Source: Patescibacteria group bacterium
GTDB lineage: Bacteria; Patescibacteriota; Minisyncoccia; JAHIHE01; JAGLIN01
DNA: 59,782 nt
Assembly: GCA_029210775.1 (NCBI GenBank)
Contig: JARGGI010000004.1
Location: 1-59,782 of the forward strand
Direction of reading: 5' to 3'
Each line of letters begins with the position of its first letter. Position 1 is the stretch's first letter. The notes below the pieces were generated by a model, which ran no database searches, had not been told where the DNA came from, and saw only the letters and a program-made list of their open reading frames with translations. The translations under genes and the position numbers were made by a program. Shown piece after piece: positions 1 through 11,939 of the stretch.

Positions 1-2602
<2,602 letters not shown>

Positions 2603-2623
2603 TTTTATCAATCAACAAATCCC

Positions 2624-2639
2624 AAGGTCGCACCTCGAC
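2624..2639. repeat. REP-like motif AAGGTCGCACCTCGAC (inverted copy) upstream of RAYT-1
   Basis: Exact reverse complement of 2735-2750. GC-rich in an AT-rich context. Contains the mini-palindrome GTCG...CGAC. Confidence 0.7.
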
Positions 2640-2694
2640 ATTATACAATGAATGTGTCTTAATATTTTATTAATAATTTAATTTTGTAAAAATT

Positions 2695-2723
2695 TTGTGC
2701 AAAATTATATATTATGATATAAT
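2695..2723 (+). promoter_or_regulatory. Putative sigma70-type promoter with extended -10 (TTGTGC-17-TGaTATAAT)
   Basis: -35 TTGTGC at 2695-2700, 17-nt spacer, TG at 2715-2716, TATAAT at 2718-2723. Lies 59 nt upstream of the RAYT-1 start. Confidence 0.4.
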
Positions 2724-2734
2724 TCAACAAGAAA

Positions 2735-2750
2735 GTCGAGGTGCGACCTT
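2735..2750. repeat. REP-like motif GTCGAGGTGCGACCTT (direct copy) in the RAYT-1 leader
   Basis: Inverted partner of 2624-2639. The same 15-nt core recurs at 3414-3428. Confidence 0.7.
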
Positions 2751-2781
2751 TAATATCTTTATTTAAAATTTCTATCGGATT

Positions 2782-3387
2782 ATGGAAGGATATGAAAACG
2801 TTTTTTATCATGTATATAATCGCGGAGTTGACAAGCGTGTAGTTTTTGAAGATGAAAATGATTATATGCGATTTACAAATAAACTTTTAGAGTTTAATAA
2901 AAATAATAATGGAGAATCGCTTTTTGTTGATATTATTTGTTTTTGTCTAATGCCAAATCATTTCCACTTAATTTTAAGGCCTATTGTGGAAAATGGTATT
3001 ACCGATTTCATGAGGCGAGTATTAACTGGTTATGTGATGTATTTTAATGGTAAGTATAAAAGAAAAGGAGTTTTGTTTGAAACTAGTTATAAATCAATTT
3101 TGATTGAGAATGAGGAATATCTTAAGCATCTTTCAAGATATATACATTTAAATCCAAAAGAAATTGCTAAAAGCAATAATTTTGTTCTGAAAAAGATGTC
3201 ATCAAGTGAAATTTTAAAAAAATATAAATGGTCTAGTTATCTTGATTATGTTGGAATTGATAATTTTCCCGATCACACAGAAAGGAAGTTACTGCTTGAT
3301 ATTTTTGGTAAGCGAGAGAATTATGAGACTTTTGTTAATGAATGGAAGCCTGATGATATAAATGAATTAATACAAACCGAATATTAA
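2782..3387 (+). CDS. REP-associated tyrosine transposase (RAYT), IS200/IS605-type Y1 HUH family
   Basis: 201 aa. N-terminal YHVYNRG, HUH motif MPNHFHLIL, catalytic Tyr context RYIHLNP. Flanked by three copies of one GC-rich hairpin motif. Confidence 0.75.
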   Translation: MEGYENVFYHVYNRGVDKRVVFEDENDYMRFTNKLLEFNKNNNGESLFVDIICFCLMPNHFHLILRPIVENGITDFMRRVLTGYVMYFNGKYKRKGVLFETSYKSILIENEEYLKHLSRYIHLNPKEIAKSNNFVLKKMSSSEILKKYKWSSYLDYVGIDNFPDHTERKLLLDIFGKRENYETFVNEWKPDDINELIQTEY

Positions 3388-3413
3388 CAAATTATAACAT
3401 AAATTCCTTATTT

Positions 3414-3428
3414 GTCGAGGTGCGACCT
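3414..3428. repeat. REP-like motif GTCGAGGTGCGACCT (third copy) downstream of RAYT-1
   Basis: 15/15 identical to 2735-2749. Confidence 0.7.
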
Positions 3429-3507
3429 CATAGTTTAATTAAATTGTTATTTTGTTGAATTTATGCTATAATATATGCGTTTAATGATAATTAATATTTT
3501 ACTAAAA

Positions 3508-3536
3508 TTTACAAAAAAACGAATTTATGTTATAAT
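3508..3536 (+). promoter_or_regulatory. Putative promoter TTTACA-17-TGtTATAAT for the cluster 1 histidine kinase operon
   Basis: -35 at 3508-3513, 17-nt spacer, extended -10 TG, TATAAT at 3531-3536, 28 nt before the ATG at 3564. A second candidate (TTGTTA-17-TGcTATAAT) sits at 3444-3472. Confidence 0.5.
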
Positions 3537-3563
3537 TTGTTAACTGAGATTAATAAAAAATAA

Positions 3564-4535
3564 ATGGAAATAAAAAAATTTGTTCTGCGTCAATTAACTT
3601 TTCAGGATTGCAGGGAAAGCGGTCTGAGTCTTTGGCAATGTCCAAATTTTTTATTTTTGGTCATGGGTTTAATAAATATTTGTTCCATGCTTGGAGTGTA
3701 TATCATTGTTCAAAGATATGATATTCCAGAATTAGTTATCTTTAGTGTTTCAGCAATTAGCGTTTTGATTTTTGCAGTGGGTTCTTCCGTTATAAATAGT
3801 TTTGAGCAAGTTGCGAAAGCTAATAAAATGAAATCAGAATTTGTTTCAATCGCGTCTCATCAATTAAAAGCTCCTCTTTCTGGAATACGTTGGGCTACTG
3901 ATGCTTTGATTGGAAACAAGAAAGAATCTTTAACTCAAAGGCAAATAGAATATTTGAAAGACATTCAAGAAAATACATCAAGAATGATTCGACTTGTAAA
4001 TGATCTTTTGGATGTCTCTCGTATAGAGACTGGACGCATGACTATTGGAGATCAAGAAGTTGATTTGAAAGATACGGTTGAAACAGTAATTAAGGAGTTA
4101 AATTATTTTGCTTTAGCTCATCATACGAAATTAATATTAAAAGTTGATAATAATATAAAAAAAATTAAAAATGATCCAGTAAGAATTAAAATGGTTATGC
4201 AGAATTTTATTGATAATGCAATAAAATATATAGGCGATAATAAGGGAGAAATTGTTATTTCACTGAAAAATAAAGGAAAAGATATTTTCTTTTCAGTTAA
4301 AGATAATGGAATGGGAATTCCACAAGAAGAAAGAAAAAGGATTTTTGAAAAATTTTATAGAGGAGATAATATTGCTAAAAGGCAGACGATTGGGACTGGA
4401 TTAGGTCTTTATATCGCAAAAGCTGTAATTGATAACTCAAAAGGAAAAATTGGATTTGATTCAAAAGAGGGAACAGGTAGTACTTTTTGGTTTACTCTTC
4501 CTGCAATTAATAATTTAAATTTTAATATAAATTAA
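3564..4535 (+). CDS. Membrane sensor histidine kinase (2 TM, HisKA + HATPase_c)
   Basis: H-box SIASHQLKAPLSGI, N-box DNAIKY, G1 DNGMGIP, G2 GTGLGL. Two N-terminal hydrophobic helices. Confidence 0.85.
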   Translation: MEIKKFVLRQLTFQDCRESGLSLWQCPNFLFLVMGLINICSMLGVYIIVQRYDIPELVIFSVSAISVLIFAVGSSVINSFEQVAKANKMKSEFVSIASHQLKAPLSGIRWATDALIGNKKESLTQRQIEYLKDIQENTSRMIRLVNDLLDVSRIETGRMTIGDQEVDLKDTVETVIKELNYFALAHHTKLILKVDNNIKKIKNDPVRIKMVMQNFIDNAIKYIGDNKGEIVISLKNKGKDIFFSVKDNGMGIPQEERKRIFEKFYRGDNIAKRQTIGTGLGLYIAKAVIDNSKGKIGFDSKEGTGSTFWFTLPAINNLNFNIN

Positions 4536-4549
4536 TTTTAAAACATTAT

Positions 4550-4918
4550 ATGGAAAATAAAAAAAAGATTCTCGTTATTGAAGATGAAGCAACTCTTCAA
4601 AAAGCACTTAATGATATTCTTGTGCAAGATGAATATGAAGTTTTTAGTGCTCTTGATGGATTATCTGGTGTTGAAATAGCTGGAAAGGAAAAACCAGATT
4701 TGATTTTGCTTGATATAATTTTGCCGAAAATGGATGGCTTTGAGGTATTAAAAAAGTTAAAAGAGGGAGAAACTTCAAATATCCCAGTTATTATCTTAAC
4801 GAATCTTAATGATATTGATGATATTCAAAAGGCATTGGATTTGGGAGCAACTACATATTTAGTTAAGGCTGATTTTCATCTTGAAGATGTGCTAAAAAAA
4901 ATAAAAGAAATTATATAA
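4550..4918 (+). CDS. Stand-alone response-regulator receiver (CheY-like)
   Basis: 122 aa. EDE acidic pocket, phospho-acceptor context LILLDIILPKMDG, conserved T (LTN) and K (YLVKA). No output domain. Confidence 0.85.
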   Translation: MENKKKILVIEDEATLQKALNDILVQDEYEVFSALDGLSGVEIAGKEKPDLILLDIILPKMDGFEVLKKLKEGETSNIPVIILTNLNDIDDIQKALDLGATTYLVKADFHLEDVLKKIKEII

Positions 4919-4991
4919 ATTTAGTTTTTTTTCACTTTGATTTATATATTATTATAAATTATTACACATTAATTAATAGAAACAAAATATT

Positions 4992-6782
4992 ATGCAGATT
5001 GATGAGGGACAATTGAAATCATTTTTGACTGATTTCGGTTTGATTTCTAAAAAAAATATTGAAATTGCAATTAAAGAAGCACAAGAAAAAAATAAAAAAC
5101 TTGAAGATGTAATAATAGATAAAAAATTGATTTCTCATGAAGAATTATTAAAACTTAAAGCGTATGTATTGGGTATTCCTTTTGTTGATTTAAAAAAAGG
5201 TGAAATTAATCCAGAAGTTCTAAAGCTTATTTCAGAACCTGTATCTCGTCAATATAAGGCAGTTGCGTTTGACAAACAAGGATCACAATTGAAAGTAGCG
5301 ATGATTGATCCGAATGATTTGCAGTTTATAGATTTTATAAGCAAAAAAACAGGTTTAAAAATAGTTCCTTGTTTAACTGACGAAGAAGGATTAAAAAAGG
5401 CATTAAAATTTTTTCAAAAAAGTCTTAAAGCTGAATTTGGTGAAATGGTTGGAAATGTTGAAATCAATGAAAATGGTGAAGAGGGTGAAAAACTTATTAT
5501 CAGTTCAGGGGACAAAGAAGATGACAAAAAAGCAGATCTTAAAAAAGCTGCCGAAGATCTTCCCGTTGTTAAAATTGTAGACACTCTTTTAAAACATGCA
5601 ATTTTAGAAAGCGCAAGTGATATTCACATTGAACCTGAAGAAAAAGATGTAGTGATTCGATATCGTGTTGACGGTGTTCTTCATGATGCTATGACATTGC
5701 CTAAAGTAATTATGCCTGGAATTATAGCAAGAATTAAGATTCTTTCTAATCTTAAGATAGACGAACATAGACTTCCTCAGGATGGAAGATTTAAAATTGA
5801 ATCAACTGAATATAAAGTAGCATTTCGAGTTTCAATTATACCAGTTTTTGATGGTGAAAAAATTGTTATGCGTCTTTTAAATGAGTCATCAAATAATTTA
5901 ACATTGGAACAAATTGGTTTTAGGAAAAGAGATCTTGACATTATAAATACTGAAACGAAAAAACCAAACGGGATGATTTTAGTTGTTGGTCCGACAGGAA
6001 GTGGAAAAACAACAACTTTGTATACGCTTTCGGCAATTTTAAATACCCCAGATGTTAATATAAGCACTCTTGAAGATCCTATAGAATATAGAATGCCAAG
6101 AGTGAATCAGTCTCAGATAAATAGCAAAATTAATTTTACTTTTGCATCAGGGCTTCGGGCACTTTTGCGTCAAGATCCAGACATAATTATGGTTGGAGAA
6201 ATTAGAGATAGAGAAACTGCTGAATTAGCAGTTCATGCTGCTCTTACAGGTCATCTCGTTCTTTCAACGCTTCATACAAATAGTGCAGCAGGAACACTTC
6301 CGCGAATTAATGAAATGGGAGTAGAATCATTTTTAGTTGCGTCAACAGTTAATGTTATTATTTCTCAAAGGCTTATTCGTAAAACGTGTCCAGAATGCAA
6401 AGAAAAATATAAATTTGACGAAGCAGCTTTTAAAAGTTTTTCAGAAAGTTTTGATGTTGAATCGTTATCAAATATTTTGATAAATAATAAAATAATTGAG
6501 AAGAAATATAAAAACAATGAAGAGATGTGGCTTGATATTGAATTTACGAAGGGTAAGGGTTGTGGTAAGTGCCGAAATGGATATAAAGGTAGACTTGGTA
6601 TTTTCGAGGTATTACAAATAAATGAGCAAATTAGAAAGTTGATTAATAATTCTGCTCCTGGTGATGAAATAGAAAAGAACTCAAGACAAGATGGAATGAC
6701 AACAATGCTTGAAGATGGAATTATAAAAGCTGTTCAGGGCATAACAACGATTGAAGAAATTGTGAGAGTAACAAAGGAATAA
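4992..6782 (+). CDS. pilB: Type IV pilus assembly ATPase PilB/GspE family (cluster 1)
   Basis: Walker A GPTGSGKTTT, Walker B/Asp box DPDIIMVGEIRD, His box TGHLVLSTLHTN, tetracysteine CPEC...CGKC, N-terminal T2SSE_N-like domain. Confidence 0.9.
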   Translation: MQIDEGQLKSFLTDFGLISKKNIEIAIKEAQEKNKKLEDVIIDKKLISHEELLKLKAYVLGIPFVDLKKGEINPEVLKLISEPVSRQYKAVAFDKQGSQLKVAMIDPNDLQFIDFISKKTGLKIVPCLTDEEGLKKALKFFQKSLKAEFGEMVGNVEINENGEEGEKLIISSGDKEDDKKADLKKAAEDLPVVKIVDTLLKHAILESASDIHIEPEEKDVVIRYRVDGVLHDAMTLPKVIMPGIIARIKILSNLKIDEHRLPQDGRFKIESTEYKVAFRVSIIPVFDGEKIVMRLLNESSNNLTLEQIGFRKRDLDIINTETKKPNGMILVVGPTGSGKTTTLYTLSAILNTPDVNISTLEDPIEYRMPRVNQSQINSKINFTFASGLRALLRQDPDIIMVGEIRDRETAELAVHAALTGHLVLSTLHTNSAAGTLPRINEMGVESFLVASTVNVIISQRLIRKTCPECKEKYKFDEAAFKSFSESFDVESLSNILINNKIIEKKYKNNEEMWLDIEFTKGKGCGKCRNGYKGRLGIFEVLQINEQIRKLINNSAPGDEIEKNSRQDGMTTMLEDGIIKAVQGITTIEEIVRVTKE

Positions 6783-6804
6783 TAGTTTATATAAAAATTG
6801 ATTT

Positions 6805-8013
6805 ATGCAATATTCATATAAAGCAAAAAACAAAAAAGGAGAAATTACAACAGGAGAAATGAGCGCTCAGGACATTGATGAACTTTCCAGCAAGCTTAGT
6901 CGATTGGGTTCAGTTTTAATGTCTTCAGAAGAGATTGATAAAAAAAAAGGAAACATTGAAATTTCAAAAATATTAAAAAGAGTAAGTATTGTTGATAAGA
7001 TGCTTTTTACTCGTCATCTTGGCGTTATGCTTCGCGCGGGATTGCCTTTTTCTCGGGCTGTAACTGTTTTAGCGGAACAAACGAGTAATGCATATTTCAA
7101 AGATATATTATTGCAAGTTAAAGAAGATATTCAAAAAGGGAATCAGCTTGGCAGTAGTTTGGAAAAACATCCGAAAGCTTTTAATAGCTTGTTTGTTAAT
7201 ATGATTAGAGTTGGTGAGACGAGTGGTAATCTTGAGGAAGTGTTGGATATTCTTTATGTGCAACTAAAAAAAGACCATCAACTGACATCAAAAATTAAAG
7301 GCGCAATGATGTATCCTTCCGTAATAGTTTTTGCAATGGTTGTCATAGGAGCCTTGATGATGACTTATGTAATTCCTTCTCTTTTAGAAGTTTTTACTGA
7401 TGCTGGAGTAGAATTGCCGACTTCTACGAAAGTGATTCTGTTTGTAAGTAACAGTTTTCAAAATTATGGTATTTATATCTTAATAGGAACAATTCTTTCT
7501 ATTTATTTGTTTTTAAAGATAATCAAAACAAATAAAGGGAAAAGAGCGTTTGATTATACGCTTTTACATTTGCCTACAATTGGAAAAATTATTTCAAAGG
7601 TGAATATGGCACGATTCACGAGAACTCTTAGTTCTATGATTGCAAGTGGTGTTCCAATTGTAAAGGCTTTGGATATTATTTCAGAAACATTAGGAAATGT
7701 ATATTATCAAGATTCTATAAGAGAGTCATCAGCAGGCGTGCAAAAAGGAGTGTCGCTTAGTGAAGTTATTAAAAAATATGATAAATTATATTTTCCGCTT
7801 ATGTTACATATGATTGAGGTTGGAGAAGAAACTGGTACATTGCAGGAAACTTTGAAACAAGTGGCTGAATTTTATGAAGATGAAGTTGAACAAATTACTT
7901 CAAATCTGTCTGCAATTATTGAACCGGTTTTAATGCTTGTAATTGGCGGGGGAGTTGGACTTTTTGCGGTTTCTATAATTCAACCGATGTATTCAATTAT
8001 GGAAACAATGTAA
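6805..8013 (+). CDS. pilC: Type IV pilus platform protein PilC/GspF family (cluster 1)
   Basis: 402 aa. Duplicated T2SSF-type domains (FTRHLGVMLRAGLP... and FTRTLSSMIASGVP...), 3 TM helices. Immediately follows the ATPase. Confidence 0.9.
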   Translation: MQYSYKAKNKKGEITTGEMSAQDIDELSSKLSRLGSVLMSSEEIDKKKGNIEISKILKRVSIVDKMLFTRHLGVMLRAGLPFSRAVTVLAEQTSNAYFKDILLQVKEDIQKGNQLGSSLEKHPKAFNSLFVNMIRVGETSGNLEEVLDILYVQLKKDHQLTSKIKGAMMYPSVIVFAMVVIGALMMTYVIPSLLEVFTDAGVELPTSTKVILFVSNSFQNYGIYILIGTILSIYLFLKIIKTNKGKRAFDYTLLHLPTIGKIISKVNMARFTRTLSSMIASGVPIVKALDIISETLGNVYYQDSIRESSAGVQKGVSLSEVIKKYDKLYFPLMLHMIEVGEETGTLQETLKQVAEFYEDEVEQITSNLSAIIEPVLMLVIGGGVGLFAVSIIQPMYSIMETM

Positions 8014-8039
8014 ATTTGTAATTGTAATTTATTAAAATT

Positions 8040-8933
8040 GTGAAAAAAATAATAAATGATGAAAAAGGTTTTACTATGATTGAGGTTGTTGTTGTAATTT
8101 CAATAATGTTGATTATAATGGGAATTGTAATTTCTTCTGGAAGAACATTAAACGATACGATAAACTTGAAAAATACAACCAAAGGAATAAACACGAAAAT
8201 TAAGCTGGCGAAATCACGTTCAATAAGTGCTTTGAATGGTACTAATTATGGGATTTATTTTAAACCAAGCCGAGTTGTGATTTTTAAAGGGGACACTTTT
8301 GTTGATGGGAATCCTAGTAATGAAGTTTATACTTTTTCTAATAAAATTAAAATCAGTAATATAAATCTTGTTTCTCCTCCTGGAACGGGTTCCGACGTGG
8401 TGTTTAATCGTCTTATCGGGTCAACTTTGAATGTTGGAACTGTTGAAGTGCAAGTTATAAGTGATCCGTCTAAAACAAGACAGATTGTGATTAATTCGGA
8501 CGGACAGACTAGTTTTGGTGCTTTTCAGACAAGCACAAATTCTATAATAAAAAACGCTCGTCATGTACATTTTAACTTGGGATGGAAGATAGAATCGTCT
8601 ACTGTATTGAGCTTAAAGTGGGTAGACGATTTTGGTGTTGAGCGCGCAAAAACTGACATTGACATTTCTACTTATTTTGATGATGTTAATGACATTTTTG
8701 ATTGGACAGGTACAACTTTAGTTGATGGAGTAAGTCAGGAAATAAGAATTCATAGTTGGCCAGACGGAAGTCTTAATACCGTTCTTTGTTTAATTAGAGA
8801 ACAAACTGAAGAACAAAAACTTCAAATATTTACTGATGCGGGAGCAAAGAACATAGCTACTTATGAAAATGTAGGTGCAGGAATAGTAAATGTTAATGCA
8901 GAATTTGATGGTGGAATAATGGAAATTCAATAA
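8040..8933 (+). CDS. Prepilin-type minor pilin, FimT/GspH-like with C-terminal extension
   Basis: GTG start. Class III signal KG|FTMIEVVVV with Glu+5. LAKSRSISA...YGIYF...VVIFKG resembles the GspH/FimT core. Confidence 0.7.
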   Translation: MKKIINDEKGFTMIEVVVVISIMLIIMGIVISSGRTLNDTINLKNTTKGINTKIKLAKSRSISALNGTNYGIYFKPSRVVIFKGDTFVDGNPSNEVYTFSNKIKISNINLVSPPGTGSDVVFNRLIGSTLNVGTVEVQVISDPSKTRQIVINSDGQTSFGAFQTSTNSIIKNARHVHFNLGWKIESSTVLSLKWVDDFGVERAKTDIDISTYFDDVNDIFDWTGTTLVDGVSQEIRIHSWPDGSLNTVLCLIREQTEEQKLQIFTDAGAKNIATYENVGAGIVNVNAEFDGGIMEIQ

Positions 8934-8946
8934 ATATTAAATAATT

Positions 8947-9423
8947 ATGAACAGTTTAAAACAAAATGGATTTGGATTAGTTGAAATAATCATTGTAACA
9001 TCTTTGTCTTTTATTGTCCTTTTAGGTATTACAAGTTATTTAAACAACTCTTTGAAAATTGCTTCTGAGGGCGTGAATAAAGTTGAAGCTTTGTCGTATG
9101 CAAGATCTTCTCTGGAACAGGCGCGAACGTTGAGAGATGTAGATTGGAGTAATATATCTGGTTTAACTTTAGACTCTAATTATTATTTTGATGAAGTAGG
9201 GTCAAGTCCTGATGCATGGGTATCCGTTCTGGGTCATAAAACAATTGGAAAATATACAATTTGGTTTGTTCCATCTTCTGTTTTGCGTGATGGTAATGAT
9301 GATATTGCTCTTGCTGGAACTATAGATCCAAACACAATTAAAATTACTTCAAGCGTTTCTTATTATTCCAGAGGATCGTTAAAACAAATTGATTTATACG
9401 TATATTTGACTAATTTTAGATAA
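8947..9423 (+). CDS. Prepilin-type minor pilin (PilV-like by position)
   Basis: NG|FGLVEIIIV N-methylation motif with Glu+5. Similar to the cluster 2 ORF 28972-29673 (A..L.Q..E......D..W). Confidence 0.65.
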   Translation: MNSLKQNGFGLVEIIIVTSLSFIVLLGITSYLNNSLKIASEGVNKVEALSYARSSLEQARTLRDVDWSNISGLTLDSNYYFDEVGSSPDAWVSVLGHKTIGKYTIWFVPSSVLRDGNDDIALAGTIDPNTIKITSSVSYYSRGSLKQIDLYVYLTNFR

Positions 9424-9431
9424 TATTAAAT

Positions 9432-9995
9432 ATGATTAAGTTAAAAAAAAGAAAAGAGAATAGAAAAAATCCTAATGGTTTTACTATGATTGAAATGATT
9501 GTGTATGTTCTTTTGGTAGGACTTGTTTCTGTAGTTTTGTTTAATATTATTTTTTTTGTAACAAACACAAATAATAAAATAATTTCTATGACAAAAGCAA
9601 GCTTTAATGCTTATAGCGTTATGGAACGAATAATATATGAAATTGAAAACTCAAGTCATATATATATGCCGACAAGTAATTTTGTAAACTATAACTATGA
9701 TATATCAAAAGGAGATCAATTAACATTGGCAACGGAAATTGGAGCATCCGCAACGGAAAATATAACTTTTGTTGATTTTTATATTGAAAATGACACTCTT
9801 TTTCTTAAGCAAGAAGGATTAAACCCTGTGGCTTTAACTTCAAGTGATGTAAAGGTTTCAAATCTTAGTTTTTCGTATTATAAAAATGATACAAGAGAAT
9901 CTGTGACTGTTGATTTTACTATTACAGCAAATGGCAGTTCAATTTTGGGTTCTGAAACTCATTTAGTTAACACTGTTACCTTAAGATCATATTAG
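9432..9995 (+). CDS. Prepilin-type minor pilin (PilW-like by position)
   Basis: NG|FTMIEMIVYVLL motif. 187 aa. Confidence 0.65.
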   Translation: MIKLKKRKENRKNPNGFTMIEMIVYVLLVGLVSVVLFNIIFFVTNTNNKIISMTKASFNAYSVMERIIYEIENSSHIYMPTSNFVNYNYDISKGDQLTLATEIGASATENITFVDFYIENDTLFLKQEGLNPVALTSSDVKVSNLSFSYYKNDTRESVTVDFTITANGSSILGSETHLVNTVTLRSY

Positions 9996-10004
9996 TTAAA
10001 TTAT

Positions 10005-11876
10005 ATGAATTATAAAATAGAACAAAAAAATAAGTCTGGATTTGCTGCAATTGTAGTTCTTATTGCTTTAATGAGCCTTGTTTTAATAATAACTGTTTCC
10101 TTAACTGTCGTCGTAATTACAAAAAATAATATAAATAAAATTTTGGTTCAATCAGCACAATCTTACTATTCTGCAGAATCTGGGATTGAAGATGGTCTTT
10201 TGAGGATAATGAAAAGTTATAATTATACAGCAATTAATAATTTTAATTTAGGAGATTCGGTTGTGACTCAGAATATATCTCAAGTCGGAGACACGAGCAC
10301 AATAGAATCTCTTTCATCGCATTTTGACAATGAGCGAAAAGTAAAGACAGATCTGACATTAACTGCAGATGGTATAGGTTTTTATTATGGAGTGCAGGTT
10401 GGAGAAGGAGGATTATATATGGAAAACAACTCTGCTATTAATGGTAGTTTATATTCTGATGGAAATGTAGTTGGAACTTCAAATACTTTGGCAACGATTA
10501 ATGGAGATGTTTTTGTGGCAACTGGAATGAATCTTGCTCATTCGTGGAGCGTATACAATGCTGATTCTGTTTTTGGACAAACAAGCCCAATTATTGATGT
10601 AGCGCAAAGTTTCAAACCAGATTCTTCAGCAGTTTTATCTCAAATTTCTTTTTATATAAAAAAAATAGGAAATCCTTCTGATAAAATAATAAGAGTGTTT
10701 ACGGATGATGGAAATGCTTTTCCTCAACCTGGATCGCCTACAAAAACCGAAATTGGATCAACAACCTTGATTGCTTCAAAAATTGGTACAAATTATGGCT
10801 GGGTTGATTTTTCATTTTCATCTCCGCCCTCTTTGGTTGCTAATCAGTGGTATTGGATTGTAATTGATATAATGCAGAGTAATTCAAAATATTTTTCAAT
10901 AGGTAAAGATTCCAATAAAGGAAACGGAAATGGCGTTTCAAAATATGTTGAAGACTGGAATGTTGGAACTCCAATTTGGACGGAAGATACGGGTGATTTT
11001 AATTTTAAAACTTGGTTTGGTGGAGTTTCTACTTCTTTAAACACTGTAAATGTTACGGGAAATGCCCATGCTCATTCTATTGTCAATAGTAATATTTGTG
11101 GAGATGCTTATTATCAGACAATTGATGCAGCCTCTTTAGATTTTTTGAATATTCCAACAGACCCTCCATGTCCAACTCCACCTCCTTCATTGACATCAGG
11201 CACTGCTTATCCAGATAGTCCAGATCCTGCCGTAGTGGCGCTTCCTGTTTCAGATAGTAACATTGCAGATTGGAAGGCTGCCGCATCGGCTGGAGGAACT
11301 TTTTCTGATAATGCTCATTGTTTACCTACCGTAGACATTACACTTAATTCAAGTGTGCTGGATTGTGATTTTCTGCCGACAGCTGGGATTGTAATAACTA
11401 TAAATGGAACTGTTTGGGTTAAGGGAAATATTGTAATCGGAATAGGGACAGGAATTAAATTATCAGCTGGATATGGAGGAAACAGCGGTATAATAATTGC
11501 TGATGATGAAGGGTTTGAAGATACAAGCGGAAAAGTGATAATTAATAATAATGTTGGTATTTGTGGATCTGAAGGATTTTCATCTTTTCCAGATTGTAAT
11601 CCAACAAATGGAAGTTATGTTATGATATTATCTACACATAATCATAATACTACTTATGCGATTGATGTAAGTAATAATGCATCGGGTGCAATATTTTATG
11701 CTCATAAAGGTATTGCAAACATTAATAATGGAGCTAATTTAAAGGAAGTGACAGCGTATAAGTTGAAGTTGTCACAAAATGCTTCAGTAACTTATGAAAG
11801 TGGACTTGCAAACGCAAGTTTTACAAGTGGCCCTGAGGGAGGGTGGGTTATAAATGACTGGAAAGAAATTCAATAA
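10005..11876 (+). CDS. Large PilX/GspK-like pilus-associated protein (no Glu+5)
   Basis: N-terminus KSG|FAAIVVLIALMSL lacks Glu+5, as in PilX/GspK. It is followed by AQSYYSAESGIEDGL (PilX_N-like). The 623-aa G/S/N/T-rich body suggests a beta-rich tip or adhesin protein. Confidence 0.55.
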   Translation: MNYKIEQKNKSGFAAIVVLIALMSLVLIITVSLTVVVITKNNINKILVQSAQSYYSAESGIEDGLLRIMKSYNYTAINNFNLGDSVVTQNISQVGDTSTIESLSSHFDNERKVKTDLTLTADGIGFYYGVQVGEGGLYMENNSAINGSLYSDGNVVGTSNTLATINGDVFVATGMNLAHSWSVYNADSVFGQTSPIIDVAQSFKPDSSAVLSQISFYIKKIGNPSDKIIRVFTDDGNAFPQPGSPTKTEIGSTTLIASKIGTNYGWVDFSFSSPPSLVANQWYWIVIDIMQSNSKYFSIGKDSNKGNGNGVSKYVEDWNVGTPIWTEDTGDFNFKTWFGGVSTSLNTVNVTGNAHAHSIVNSNICGDAYYQTIDAASLDFLNIPTDPPCPTPPPSLTSGTAYPDSPDPAVVALPVSDSNIADWKAAASAGGTFSDNAHCLPTVDITLNSSVLDCDFLPTAGIVITINGTVWVKGNIVIGIGTGIKLSAGYGGNSGIIIADDEGFEDTSGKVIINNNVGICGSEGFSSFPDCNPTNGSYVMILSTHNHNTTYAIDVSNNASGAIFYAHKGIANINNGANLKEVTAYKLKLSQNASVTYESGLANASFTSGPEGGWVINDWKEIQ

Positions 11877-11939
11877 TAATGTATAATAAAGATAGATAAG
11901 ATATTCAAATATTTTTATAGCAATAATAATTTAAATTAA

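Larger units (their letters stand above)
3384..3543. repeat. Perfect 23-bp inverted repeat pair (3384-3406 TTAACAAATTATAACATAAATTC / 3521-3543 reverse complement)
   Basis: Read directly. The left arm starts inside the RAYT-1 stop codon. The right arm overlaps the -10 of the downstream promoter. The arms enclose REP copy 3 and a second promoter-like site. Confidence 0.8.
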
